Shown piece by piece: positions 28,963 through 38,571 of a stretch of 62,289 nucleotides of DNA. This DNA comes from a virus (taxonomy: Duplodnaviria > Caudoviricetes), in IMG/VR virus record IMGVR_UViG_3300006921_003544, positions 1-62,289 of that record. The stretch is one strand, 5' to 3'. The translations under genes and the position numbers were made by a program. Numbering within the stretch: the stretch's first letter is position 1; each line of letters starts with the position of its first letter. A model generated the notes under the pieces. That model was not told the origin of the DNA, made no database searches, and saw nothing but the letters and a program-made list of their open reading frames with translations.

Positions 28963-30093
28963 ATGGCAAAAGATAAAGCAGGAGTCAGGGATGAACTGGC
29001 TACGGTGCTCGCAGCATCGTTGAATAAACAATTCAAAGATTATAAAGTAGCACATTTCTTAGATGGATCAGAAGATACTCCAACTGATTTAACAGAGTGG
29101 ATTTCGACTGGATCATCTACGCTTGATCTAGCTATTGCAAACAGACCTCATGGTGGAATACCAGTTGGTAGAATTACCGAAATAACTGGTCTTGAAGCAT
29201 CGGGTAAGTCATTACTCGCTGCTCACCTACTTGCTAATACTCAAAAGAAAGATGGCTTAGCGGTTTATATTGATACTGAAAACGCAATGAACGAAGAGTT
29301 CTTACGTGCTATTGGTATGGATGTATCAAAGATGTTATATGTACAATTGGAAACGATTGAAGATATCTTTGAATCAATTGAAAATATCATAAACAAAGTT
29401 AGAGAGTCTAGTAAAGACAGATTGGTAACGATCGTCGTAGACTCATTAGCTGGAGCATCTACGAAAGTAGAAATGGAAGCGGATTATGAGAAAGACGGTT
29501 GGGCAACTTCAAAAGCTATAATTCTATCAAAAGCAATGAGAAAAGTTACTCAGATGATCGGTAGACAAAGAATATGTCTAGTGTTCACAAACCAGCTTCG
29601 TCAGAAGTTGGGAGTAATGTTCGGTGATCCATGGACAACATCAGGTGGTAAAGCAGTAGGGTTTCACTCAAGCTGTAGACTTCGATTAAAATCTATGGGA
29701 CAACTGAAAACAAAAGTTGACAAGCAAGATGTAGTAGTTGGAATGAAAACGAGTGCTCAAGTTATCAAAAATAGAATGGGACCACCTTTGAGAAAAGCTG
29801 AATTTGAAATTCTATTTGAGAGTGGAGTGGATGATTATGGTGGATGGTTGAATGTATTGAAAAACCACAAGTTAGTTACGCAATCAGGTGCGTGGTACGG
29901 ATATACAGATACTGATACCGGAGAAATTCATAAATTCTTATCCAAAGATTGGAAAGGATTGCTTGAGGGCAATGAAGATCTAAAAAATCAAATCTATCAA
30001 AAAATGTGTGATGTTAGTATTATGAAATACAAAACAGACAAATTGGGGGTAGATGATATTGATCTGAGTGATGAACCAGTACCAGAAGGATAG
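28963..30093 (+). CDS. uvsX: RecA/UvsX recombinase
   Basis: ISTGS..LD, GRITEITGLEASGKS, YIDTE, VVDS, FTNQLR, SGG.A, KNR. Confidence 0.95.
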   Translation: MAKDKAGVRDELATVLAASLNKQFKDYKVAHFLDGSEDTPTDLTEWISTGSSTLDLAIANRPHGGIPVGRITEITGLEASGKSLLAAHLLANTQKKDGLAVYIDTENAMNEEFLRAIGMDVSKMLYVQLETIEDIFESIENIINKVRESSKDRLVTIVVDSLAGASTKVEMEADYEKDGWATSKAIILSKAMRKVTQMIGRQRICLVFTNQLRQKLGVMFGDPWTTSGGKAVGFHSSCRLRLKSMGQLKTKVDKQDVVVGMKTSAQVIKNRMGPPLRKAEFEILFESGVDDYGGWLNVLKNHKLVTQSGAWYGYTDTDTGEIHKFLSKDWKGLLEGNEDLKNQIYQKMCDVSIMKYKTDKLGVDDIDLSDEPVPEG

Positions 30094-30105
30094 AGAATAA
30101 AGGTT

Positions 30106-31143
30106 ATGAAAAACAAGTATTTTTCTATATTGGATTCGTTAAAGGAAAACGAGGCTGTTAGTAGCAATATCAATGATAGGATATTAGTTATTGACGGCCT
30201 CAATACCTTCATACGATCTTGGTCAGTATCTCCAGCAACAAATGATGATGGAATTCATGTTGGTGGTATTAGTGGATTTCTAATGTCTATAGGGGCTGCA
30301 ATCAAAAAGATTAAACCTACAAGAGTTATTATATGTTTTGATGGTAAAGGTGGTAGTCAGAGAAGACGTAAACTGTTTCCTGCTTATAAAGGAAATAGAA
30401 AACCATCACAAAAACTAAACAGAGCATATCAAGCTGGTGGAGGATCATTAACCGATCAACAAGAAAACATGAAAATGCAACTTGGAAGGTTGATAAACTA
30501 TTTAGACACACTACCAGTAACGTGTATGTCTATAGAAAATATAGAAGCAGATGATGCAATGGCATACATAACACAACAAGTGCTTCCAGAATCTAGACAT
30601 TTCATTATGTCATCAGATAAAGACTTTTTACAACTAATCGACGAAAGAATAGGTGTGTGGAGTCCTACAAAAAAGAAAATGTACTTCAAAGACGATATCT
30701 TAGAAGAGTTTGGAATATCAGCTCCAAATTATTTAATGTATAGAGTTTTAAGTGGAGATAAGTCAGATAACATTCCAGGTATTCCAGGAGTAGGACTAAA
30801 ATCTTTACTTAAAAGAGTACCAGAGCTATCAGAAGAACAAAAAGTTACAATAGAAGATCTCATTAAGCTTTCAGCAGACAGTAAGATAAAAATGTTAAAT
30901 GCAATCAATGAGAACTACGACTTACTAGAATTAAATCACAAACTAATGCAACTCCACGATGTAGATATATCAGGACGAGCAAAAGAAACAATTAGAAATA
31001 TTGTACACAATCCAATTCCATCTTTGAATAAACCAAAATTCCAGTTAATGTTGGTAGAAGATAAGATGAACACAGCTATTAGAAATCATGAATTTTGGCT
31101 AAAAGAAGTTTTTATGCCATTACATGCTTTTTCATTAGTTTAG
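30106..31143 (+). CDS. 5'-3' exonuclease / RNase H (FEN family)
   Basis: IDGLN, FDG, YKGNR, EADD, SSDKDFLQL, GDKSDNIPGIPGVG. Confidence 0.9.
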   Translation: MKNKYFSILDSLKENEAVSSNINDRILVIDGLNTFIRSWSVSPATNDDGIHVGGISGFLMSIGAAIKKIKPTRVIICFDGKGGSQRRRKLFPAYKGNRKPSQKLNRAYQAGGGSLTDQQENMKMQLGRLINYLDTLPVTCMSIENIEADDAMAYITQQVLPESRHFIMSSDKDFLQLIDERIGVWSPTKKKMYFKDDILEEFGISAPNYLMYRVLSGDKSDNIPGIPGVGLKSLLKRVPELSEEQKVTIEDLIKLSADSKIKMLNAINENYDLLELNHKLMQLHDVDISGRAKETIRNIVHNPIPSLNKPKFQLMLVEDKMNTAIRNHEFWLKEVFMPLHAFSLV

Positions 31144-31172
31144 TTGCATACTACAAATATTTTTCTTATATT
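31143..31172 (+). promoter_or_regulatory. Early/middle promoter GTTGCA-N13-TTTCTTATATT
   Basis: Repeat copy ending 8 nt before the helicase ATG. Confidence 0.7.
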
Positions 31173-31180
31173 AAGAGCAT

Positions 31181-32539
31181 ATGTCAGATACATTCTTAAA
31201 ATACGGATATAGCTTTCAATCGAAATTGATAGCTTGTTTATTCAAAGATAAACCATTCTTACAACAGATTATGGATATTCTAGATCCTGAATATTTTGAA
31301 TCAGAAGCCAATAAGTGGATGATGTCCACAATCACAGATTATTATATAGAATTCAAATCACAACCAACATTAGAAGTAATGAAGGTAAAATTAGAAGATA
31401 TTGGGAATGATGTTCTTAAAACTGAGATTGTTCAACATCTTAAAGATGCAGTGCGGAACTTTGAAGCTTCAGACCTTGATTTTGTTAAGGATGAAACTAT
31501 AAAATTCTGTAAGAATCAAAAGATAAAACAAGCTATAACTCAATCAGTTGAGTTGCTGCAATTTGGAGATTATGATGGTATAAAAACCAAAATTGACGAA
31601 GCAATGAAGGCAGGAGGCGATAAAGACATTGGACATGATTACAATGTTGATATAGATGCTCGGTATGAAGAAAGTTTACGTAAGACCGTCAAGACAGGAT
31701 GGGAAGTAATAGATGATATGGCTGATGGAGGATTAGGAGCAGGTGAATTAGGAGTATTCGTAGCCCCAGCTGGTATCGGTAAATCTTGGGGATTAGTCAA
31801 TGTAGCAGCCAATGCAGTAAAAGCAGGTAAGACGGTAGTTCATTATACATTAGAATTAAATCAAGCGTATGTCGGATTAAGATTTGATTCTGTATTTACT
31901 GGTATAGCAGCGCAAAATTTGAAGTTTCATAAAGAGGATGTTGAAAAACGGGTGAATAAACTCAAAGGGCAATTGATAGTGAAATATTTTCCAACAAAGG
32001 GTGCTACTGTGAACACTATTCGTGCACATATTGATAAGTGCACCATACAAGGATTTAAGCCGGATATAGTGATAGTAGATTATGCGGATCTATTAAGAGG
32101 TAATGGTAAAGAAGTAAGACATGAACTTGGTAATATCTATGAAGACCTTAGAGGTATGGCAGGAGAATATGAAATACCAGTTTGGACAGCATCTCAAGCA
32201 AATAGATCTGCATTAGAGGAGGATGTTATTGGAGCAGAGAAAATAGCAGAATCTTATTCAAAGATTATGACAGCTGATTTTGTAATATCACTGTCAAGAA
32301 AAGTGGAAGACAAAATAGCAGGAACTGGAAGGTGGCATGTTATTAAAAATAGGTTTGGACCTGATGGAATTACGTTGCCAAGTAAAATGAATACGTCAAA
32401 CGGACAAATTCACATATACGAAGGAGCTTCAGCTCAAGGTCAAGATGCGCAAAAGCAAATGGATGGTGGACAAGAATTTCTACGTAAAAGATTAGCAAAT
32501 AAATTTATGGAATTAAAGGAGAAACCTTCGGATGAATAG
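31181..32539 (+). CDS. Replicative DnaB-like helicase (T4 gp41-like)
   Basis: APAGIGKS, YTLEL, VDYADLL, WTASQANR, KNRFG. Confidence 0.92.
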   Translation: MSDTFLKYGYSFQSKLIACLFKDKPFLQQIMDILDPEYFESEANKWMMSTITDYYIEFKSQPTLEVMKVKLEDIGNDVLKTEIVQHLKDAVRNFEASDLDFVKDETIKFCKNQKIKQAITQSVELLQFGDYDGIKTKIDEAMKAGGDKDIGHDYNVDIDARYEESLRKTVKTGWEVIDDMADGGLGAGELGVFVAPAGIGKSWGLVNVAANAVKAGKTVVHYTLELNQAYVGLRFDSVFTGIAAQNLKFHKEDVEKRVNKLKGQLIVKYFPTKGATVNTIRAHIDKCTIQGFKPDIVIVDYADLLRGNGKEVRHELGNIYEDLRGMAGEYEIPVWTASQANRSALEEDVIGAEKIAESYSKIMTADFVISLSRKVEDKIAGTGRWHVIKNRFGPDGITLPSKMNTSNGQIHIYEGASAQGQDAQKQMDGGQEFLRKRLANKFMELKEKPSDE

Positions 32540-32626
32540 AGCTATATACATATATACACATAATTATTATATACACAACGGTTATACCGAAATAATAAAA
32601 TCAAGAAAAAATAGAGGAACATTATA

Positions 32627-34486
32627 ATGGAAATTTCAAACAAAATTCTATCAGACATTACTGTCTATATGAAGTACGCAAAGTTTATCCCAGACTTAAA
32701 TAGGAGAGAGACGTGGGAAGAGTTAGTAACGCGAAACAAGCAAATGCACCAAAAGAAATATCCAGCTTTGAAGCAAGATATTGAAGATGTGTATAAATTT
32801 GTATATGATAAGAAAATACTTCCTTCAATGAGAAGTATGCAATTTGCTGGTAAACCAATTGAAATTTCTCCAAATAGAGTTTATAACTGTGCATACCTTC
32901 CAATAGATTCAATCGAATCATTTAGTGAATGTATGTTTTTACTCTTAGGTGGAACGGGTGTAGGATATTCAGTACAAAAACACCATGTTGCAACACTTCC
33001 TATGATACAAAAACCATATCCTAAAAGAAAGAAAAGATATCTGATTAGTGATAGTATTGAAGGATGGGCTGATGCAGTAAAAGTTCTTATGAAATCCTAT
33101 ATGAATGGTGGTGGTAGTAGAGTTGAATTTGATTATTCAGATATTAGACCAAAAGGAGCTAGACTTGTAACATCAGGTGGTAAAGCACCAGGACCTCAAC
33201 CACTAAAAGAGTGTTTAGTTAAGATCGATGGAATGTTGAAGGAAAAAGAATCAGGAGATCAACTATCAACGATTGAAGTCCATGACATTGTATGCCATAT
33301 TGCTGATGCAGTTTTAGCTGGTGGTATTAGAAGAGCTGCATTGATTAGTTTATTTAGTGCAGACGATGATCAGATGATTGGTTGTAAAAGTGGTAACTGG
33401 TGGGAATTGAATCCACAAAGAGGTAGAGCAAATAATTCAGCATGTTTAATGAGACATAAAATAACCAAAGACTTCTTTATGGATTTATGGAAAAGAGTTG
33501 AACTATCAGGAGCAGGTGAACCAGGAATTTATCTAAACAATGATAAAGACTGGGGAACTAATCCATGTTGTGAAATTGCATTAAGACCTTATCAATTCTG
33601 TAATTTATGTGAAGTAAATGCGAGTGATATTGACTCGCAAGAAGATTACGAAGCAAGAGTTAAAGCTGCAGCTTTTATTGGAACACTCCAAGCAGGATAT
33701 ACTAATTTTCACTATTTAAGAGAAATATGGCAAGATACTACTGAAAAGGATGCATTGATCGGAATCTCAATGACAGGTATAGGTTCAGGAACAGTTTTAG
33801 GATATGATATGAAATCAGCTGCTAAGATTGTAAAGAAAGAGAATTCAAGAGTAGCAAAGTTAATAGGAATCAAATCATCAGCAAGATGTACCACTGTAAA
33901 ACCTGCAGGTACGACTTCTTTAACATTAGGAACTTCATCAGGTATTCATGCATGGCATAACGATTATTATATTAGAAGAATTAGAGTTGGTAAGAATGAA
34001 TCAATATACAAATATTTATTTGAATTCCACCCAGAACTAGTAGAGGATGAGTATTTCAGTCCGCATGATACAGCGGTAATTCAAATTCCACAAAAAGCGC
34101 CGGAGGGTTCAATATTAAGAACTGAATCTCCGTTTCAATTATTGGAAAGAGTTAAGAAAGTTGCAACTGAATGGGTATCACCAGGACATAGGAATGGATC
34201 AAATACCCACAACGTTTCAGCAACAGTTTCTTTGAGAGATAATGAGTGGGATTATGCAGGAGAATGGATGTGGGAAAACAGAAAACATTACAATGGATTA
34301 TCAGTACTACCATATAATGGAGGCTCCTACACTCAAGCTCCATTTGAAGACATTACAGAAGAAAAATATAACGAGATGTTAAAATCGTTAACTGAGATAG
34401 ATTTATCTAGTATAGTAGAAGAAAAAGATGAAACTGATCTAAAAGGCGAATTGGCATGTGCAGGTGGTGCTTGTGAAATTGTATAA
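32627..34486 (+). CDS. nrdJ: Class II (adenosylcobalamin-dependent) ribonucleotide reductase
   Basis: PSMR, NCAY, GTGVG, GGIRRAA, NPCCEI, CNLCEV, VKPAGT, C-terminal CAGGAC; no nrdB alongside. Confidence 0.9.
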   Translation: MEISNKILSDITVYMKYAKFIPDLNRRETWEELVTRNKQMHQKKYPALKQDIEDVYKFVYDKKILPSMRSMQFAGKPIEISPNRVYNCAYLPIDSIESFSECMFLLLGGTGVGYSVQKHHVATLPMIQKPYPKRKKRYLISDSIEGWADAVKVLMKSYMNGGGSRVEFDYSDIRPKGARLVTSGGKAPGPQPLKECLVKIDGMLKEKESGDQLSTIEVHDIVCHIADAVLAGGIRRAALISLFSADDDQMIGCKSGNWWELNPQRGRANNSACLMRHKITKDFFMDLWKRVELSGAGEPGIYLNNDKDWGTNPCCEIALRPYQFCNLCEVNASDIDSQEDYEARVKAAAFIGTLQAGYTNFHYLREIWQDTTEKDALIGISMTGIGSGTVLGYDMKSAAKIVKKENSRVAKLIGIKSSARCTTVKPAGTTSLTLGTSSGIHAWHNDYYIRRIRVGKNESIYKYLFEFHPELVEDEYFSPHDTAVIQIPQKAPEGSILRTESPFQLLERVKKVATEWVSPGHRNGSNTHNVSATVSLRDNEWDYAGEWMWENRKHYNGLSVLPYNGGSYTQAPFEDITEEKYNEMLKSLTEIDLSSIVEEKDETDLKGELACAGGACEIV

Positions 34487-34548
34487 ATTGGATTGGATCC
34501 AACAGTTATATTATGAGGAAATGTTACGTAATAATACGGAGAAATCTC

Positions 34549-34743
34549 ATGATAAACATGAACGATATGACCAGACGATTGAAGGAAATCGAAAAGGAAA
34601 TAGAGGATTATCAAAACGAATGCAAACACAAAAATCAGACGATCAGGACGGTGAAAGTAGGAGAAACGAGATGGGTATGTGATAAATGCCACATAGCTTT
34701 GAAATGGCCAACACCAACTGAATTAGAAAAATGGATCAAATAA
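34549..34743 (+). CDS. Small Zn-ribbon protein
   Basis: Coiled coil followed by CKH...CDKC; GGAG RBS before ATG 34549. Confidence 0.55.
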   Translation: MINMNDMTRRLKEIEKEIEDYQNECKHKNQTIRTVKVGETRWVCDKCHIALKWPTPTELEKWIK

Positions 34744-35072
34744 AAATTATAAAAATAAAAACTAACGCTCAAAATTTACATGGGTGGATAGCTTTAAGTA
34801 TAACAGATATGCCAGTTGGCCACATCTTTATGAATGAAGATATTGGAAATAAGATTAAATTTCAAGATGCTTGGGTTCATGATGAATATAGAATGAAAGG
34901 AGTTTATACCGCTCTATTCAATACTAGATGGGAATGGGTAAAAAAGAAGTATCCAGGATGGACTGCGTATGCTTGGTGTAAAGACTCAAGTAAACCTCTA
35001 TATTCAAAGAATGGATTTGAAGAAGGTGAGATATGCACCTATATGGAAAAAAAAGTAGATAATGTTGTATAA
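34731..35072 (+). CDS. GNAT-family acetyltransferase
   Basis: WVHDEYRMKGVYTAL acetyl-CoA loop and LYSKNGF. Confidence 0.75.
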   Translation: MDQIKIIKIKTNAQNLHGWIALSITDMPVGHIFMNEDIGNKIKFQDAWVHDEYRMKGVYTALFNTRWEWVKKKYPGWTAYAWCKDSSKPLYSKNGFEEGEICTYMEKKVDNVV

Positions 35073-35093
35073 ATGAATTATATTTCTTATATT
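35064..35093 (+). promoter_or_regulatory. Early/middle promoter GTTGTA-N13-TTTCTTATATT at the head of the deazaguanine operon
   Basis: Repeat copy with the same spacing, upstream of folE. Confidence 0.7.
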
Positions 35094-35125
35094 TAAGTTA
35101 TATAAAATAAAAAAAGAAAAAGGTT

Positions 35126-35764
35126 ATGGATTTATTAAAAAAGGCAAATGGTAATCTTCCACGTACGGAAGAGGAAAAACAAAAAATGATAGAACAAGCA
35201 GCTGTACATTACGGACAGTTTCTTGAAGCACTTGGATTTGATTGGAAAGCAGATAAGCATAGCGATCGAACTCCACAAAGAGTTGCAAAAGCGTGGGTAA
35301 ATGATCTAATAATGGGATCGATATCAGAACCGCCAGTCATTACAGCGTTTCCAAATGATGAAGGTTATACTGGTTTGATATGTCAAACACGTATTCCAGT
35401 TATGAGTATGTGTGCACATCACAACTTAACATTCTCAGGAGTAGCTCATGTAGCTTATATTCCAGGAAAATCAAAAAATGATTTGGTAGTTGGTTTAAGT
35501 AAGTTGAATCGTATCGTTGACTTTTATTCAAGAAGACCTAACATTCAAGAATCACTAACAAAACAAATACATGATCACGTTGAGAAATTATGTGAAGGAC
35601 ATAGAGGGGTTGCAGTGGTTATAGAATCACAGCACAACTGTGTGAAGTGTAGAGGTATTAAACATGATTCAGTTATGAAGACTGCTCAAATGTCAGGAAG
35701 ATTTATTGAAACAGAAATGACAAGACAAGAGTTCTTTGCTTTAATTGATCAAAGTAGATACTAA
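35126..35764 (+). CDS. folE: GTP cyclohydrolase I
   Basis: [38 protein letters not shown]. Confidence 0.95.
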   Translation: MDLLKKANGNLPRTEEEKQKMIEQAAVHYGQFLEALGFDWKADKHSDRTPQRVAKAWVNDLIMGSISEPPVITAFPNDEGYTGLICQTRIPVMSMCAHHNLTFSGVAHVAYIPGKSKNDLVVGLSKLNRIVDFYSRRPNIQESLTKQIHDHVEKLCEGHRGVAVVIESQHNCVKCRGIKHDSVMKTAQMSGRFIETEMTRQEFFALIDQSRY

Positions 35765-35766
35765 AA

Positions 35767-36543
35767 ATGGCAATGAAACGAATCACAGATTATGATAAAA
35801 TCTTACCGGTACTAGAAGTATATAGATGTGTTCAATCCGAAGGAAGTAGGTTTGGACGTCCGACAATAGCAGTTAGAACAACCGGATGTACTCACCGTTG
35901 CTACTTTGGTGAAGGAGGATGGTGTGATTCATGGTACACCTCTATACATCCAGAAAAAGGAACATTTACATTTAATGATATAGTCAAAATATATGACGAG
36001 AATCCACAAGTAAAAGAAATGATGTTAACGGGTGGATCACCAACAATGCATCCAGCGTTGGTTAATGAGTTAACACACCTTGCATATGAAAGAAATATTA
36101 TTATCACTATCGAAACTGAAGGATCTCATTATATTGAAACCGATTATCCTATCGACTTGTTGTCTCTTAGCCCTAAGTTTAGTAATTCCGTTCCTGTTGT
36201 TGGGGCTATTACTCCAGCTGGGAAAGTTATTGACGAAAGATTCATAAAGACACATAATAGATTAAGACAAAATACGGATGCAATTAAAAAGATGATAGCA
36301 TTCCATAAAGACTATCATTTCAAACCAGTTTGGGATGGAACAGAATCAAACTTGCAAGAGATAGAAGCATATAGAATTGAGTTGGATATCCCAAAAGATA
36401 AAACTTATATCATGCCTGCAGGTGATACGAGAGAAACGTTAATTGAAATGTATCCGTTAGTATTCGAAATGGTAGCAGAACATGGTTATAATATGACGGG
36501 TAGAGATCATATAGTAGCCTATGACACAGAGAGAGGAGTATAA
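35767..36543 (+). CDS. queE: 7-carboxy-7-deazaguanine synthase (radical SAM)
   Basis: QSEG..GRP..VRTTGC, CTHRCYFGEGGWCD, LTGGSP, IETEG, SLSPK; lies between folE and queD. Confidence 0.9.
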   Translation: MAMKRITDYDKILPVLEVYRCVQSEGSRFGRPTIAVRTTGCTHRCYFGEGGWCDSWYTSIHPEKGTFTFNDIVKIYDENPQVKEMMLTGGSPTMHPALVNELTHLAYERNIIITIETEGSHYIETDYPIDLLSLSPKFSNSVPVVGAITPAGKVIDERFIKTHNRLRQNTDAIKKMIAFHKDYHFKPVWDGTESNLQEIEAYRIELDIPKDKTYIMPAGDTRETLIEMYPLVFEMVAEHGYNMTGRDHIVAYDTERGV

Positions 36544-36544
36544 A

Positions 36545-37033
36545 ATGGCAAAATACCAATCAACAAAACTATTTGATAATTATTCAGTAGCATTAAGACA
36601 GCATAAGGCTGCACATTCACATTGTGAATTACTTCACGGATATGCATTAAAGTTCAAAGTATGGTTTGAATCTAATGAACCATTGGAAGAAAAGCAATTA
36701 GATGAAATGAATTGGATCATGGACTATGGTGGATTCAAAGATACAGATGCAGAACCAACTCCAGGAAATGGATTAAAAAAATGGATGAACCATATGTGGG
36801 ATCATACATGTTTAATAGAGAAAGATGATCCACAGTTAGAATCATTTAAGATGATGGAAGAGTTAGGAGTTTTATCGTTAAGAGTAATGGATAAAATGGG
36901 AGCCGAATCATGTGCTAAATTAGTCTATGATAAGTTTAATGAACGAATGGCTTTGACAGGTGGTGGTAGAGTAAAAGTGGTAAAGGTAGAGTGTTGGGAA
37001 GCTGACAGAAATTCATCAATATACACAGAGTAA
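36545..37033 (+). CDS. queD: 6-carboxy-tetrahydropterin synthase
   Basis: HCELLHGY, WIMDYG, WDH, GAE, VECWE; start at 36545 has a GAGGAG RBS. Confidence 0.88.
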   Translation: MAKYQSTKLFDNYSVALRQHKAAHSHCELLHGYALKFKVWFESNEPLEEKQLDEMNWIMDYGGFKDTDAEPTPGNGLKKWMNHMWDHTCLIEKDDPQLESFKMMEELGVLSLRVMDKMGAESCAKLVYDKFNERMALTGGGRVKVVKVECWEADRNSSIYTE

Positions 37034-37034
37034 T

Positions 37035-37574
37035 ATGAAATTAGAAAAGATATTTAGCATGGAACAAATGATAACACAAGATCAGATTCAATCAAGAGTT
37101 AAAGAATTAGCACAACAAATAGAACAACATGAGGATAAATATAATCACGACCTACCTCCAGTATTCATATGTATTTTGAATGGAGCAGTTATGTTTTTTT
37201 CAGATCTTATGAAAAATTATCATGGACTATGTGAGATGGACTTTCTTAGAGCAAAGTCGTATAATGGAAGAGATAACTCCGGAGGAGTTAAAATATTAAA
37301 GGACATAGAAGTTGCTATTCAAGGAAAAAATGTGTATATTATAGAAGATATTATTGATACTGGTGAAACAATGAAGGAGATATATTTACATCTCAGTTCA
37401 CAATTACCAAGCAGTATCAATATTGTAACATTATTAAAACGAAAGGAAGACGATCATCCAATGGACTTTTATGGGTTCGAAATCAATGACGAATGGGTAG
37501 TTGGTTATGGACTAGACGACAATGGATTGAGTAGAAATCTTCCTGCTATTTACAAATTAGAACAAGGAGAATAA
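37035..37574 (+). CDS. hpt: Hypoxanthine/guanine phosphoribosyltransferase
   Basis: ILNGAVMF, SY loop, PRPP motif IIEDIIDTGET, VVGYGLD, RNLP. Confidence 0.9.
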   Translation: MKLEKIFSMEQMITQDQIQSRVKELAQQIEQHEDKYNHDLPPVFICILNGAVMFFSDLMKNYHGLCEMDFLRAKSYNGRDNSGGVKILKDIEVAIQGKNVYIIEDIIDTGETMKEIYLHLSSQLPSSINIVTLLKRKEDDHPMDFYGFEINDEWVVGYGLDDNGLSRNLPAIYKLEQGE

Positions 37575-37576
37575 AA

Positions 37577-37726
37577 ATGGTAAATTGGATAAACGGTTTT
37601 GATGCCGGAAACAAAAAAGAAAAGTATTATTTGGAATGTAGAATCGGAACATTCACTGTGTTAGAAATAAAGTGGGAGCCGGGTAAATTTAGATTCATGG
37701 TAGTTAATTTAGGATTCGAGATATAA
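37577..37726 (+). CDS. Small hypothetical protein (49 aa, absent from the ORF track)
   Basis: Hand translation MVNWINGFDAGNKKEKYYLECRIGTFTVLEIKWEPGKFRFMVVNLGFEI; AAGGAG RBS; fills the gap exactly. Confidence 0.65.
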   Translation: MVNWINGFDAGNKKEKYYLECRIGTFTVLEIKWEPGKFRFMVVNLGFEI

Positions 37727-37727
37727 T

Positions 37728-38222
37728 ATGTTATTAAATGCAAATCAAGTAGAGCAAATGCTTATTACAAATGGTAAAGGTAAGAAAGCTCAAGTAGGTT
37801 ATGATTTAACCGTAACAGATGTAAAATCGATTAGAGGTGGAATGTTATTTGCAGATAAAACGGTTTTAGATCGTTATGATGAAGTTAAGTTAACGACTGT
37901 CGAAAAAGCACAAGGAGATGAGAGAAATGTCTGGGTATTAACTCCTGGAGTTTATAGCGTTACTTTTGAGCAAGGATGTAAATTAGACGATAAGACTACA
38001 GCTTTTATTAGACAGAGATCATCTATTCTAAGAATGGGTGGTACTGTGACTAGCGGTGTATATGATCCAGGATTTGAAGTTGATCAGATGGGAGGTGTAA
38101 TGACACTTACTAAGACTGTTGTATTAGAACACGGAGCTAGACTAGCTCAGATTATAATGTTTGAAAACAATTCTGCTGAACTATACGACGGCCAGTGGCA
38201 AAAAGATAAAGACGTTAAGTAG
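37728..38222 (+). CDS. Trimeric dUTPase / dCTP deaminase family protein
   Basis: GYDL, RSS, YDPGF, GARLAQ, YDGQWQ. Confidence 0.8.
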   Translation: MLLNANQVEQMLITNGKGKKAQVGYDLTVTDVKSIRGGMLFADKTVLDRYDEVKLTTVEKAQGDERNVWVLTPGVYSVTFEQGCKLDDKTTAFIRQRSSILRMGGTVTSGVYDPGFEVDQMGGVMTLTKTVVLEHGARLAQIIMFENNSAELYDGQWQKDKDVK

Positions 38223-38223
38223 T

Positions 38224-38571
38224 ATGAGAACAAATGTTATAGCAAAGTTAGAGATAGAAGGATTACATAATTGGCCAGATGCTCAAAAAGTATTTCCTGA
38301 AGTAGGATTCTTATCAAGTATGCATAGGCATAAATGGTTTATCACTGCTAAGAAAGAAGTGTTTCATGATGATAGAGATGTAGAGTTCATTATGTTCAAA
38401 AGAGATATCGAAGAATGGCTAGGACATCAGTATTATAATCTAAAGTCTAGGACACATGAGTTTGGAGCCAAGTCATGTGAAATGTTGGCGAAAGAAATCA
38501 TGAATGAGTTTGGTTGTTGTTATGTATCGGTATTTGAAGATAACGAAAATGGTGCAGAAGTATATGTATAG
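38224..38571 (+). CDS. dpdL: QueD-like T-fold protein, DpdL-like (candidate CDG decarboxylase)
   Basis: EGLHNW, LSSMHRHKWF (LxxxHRHx-aromatic, as I recall the DpdL signature), SCEMLA, VSVFEDNENGA; sits in a folE/queD/queE operon lacking queC. Confidence 0.6.
   Translation: MRTNVIAKLEIEGLHNWPDAQKVFPEVGFLSSMHRHKWFITAKKEVFHDDRDVEFIMFKRDIEEWLGHQYYNLKSRTHEFGAKSCEMLAKEIMNEFGCCYVSVFEDNENGAEVYV

Noticed and set aside
32540-32626. Possible NrdR box or B12 riboswitch before nrdJ
   Set aside because: Only TA-rich tracts and a tiny CGGT/ACCG hairpin; no convincing consensus, and too short for a riboswitch
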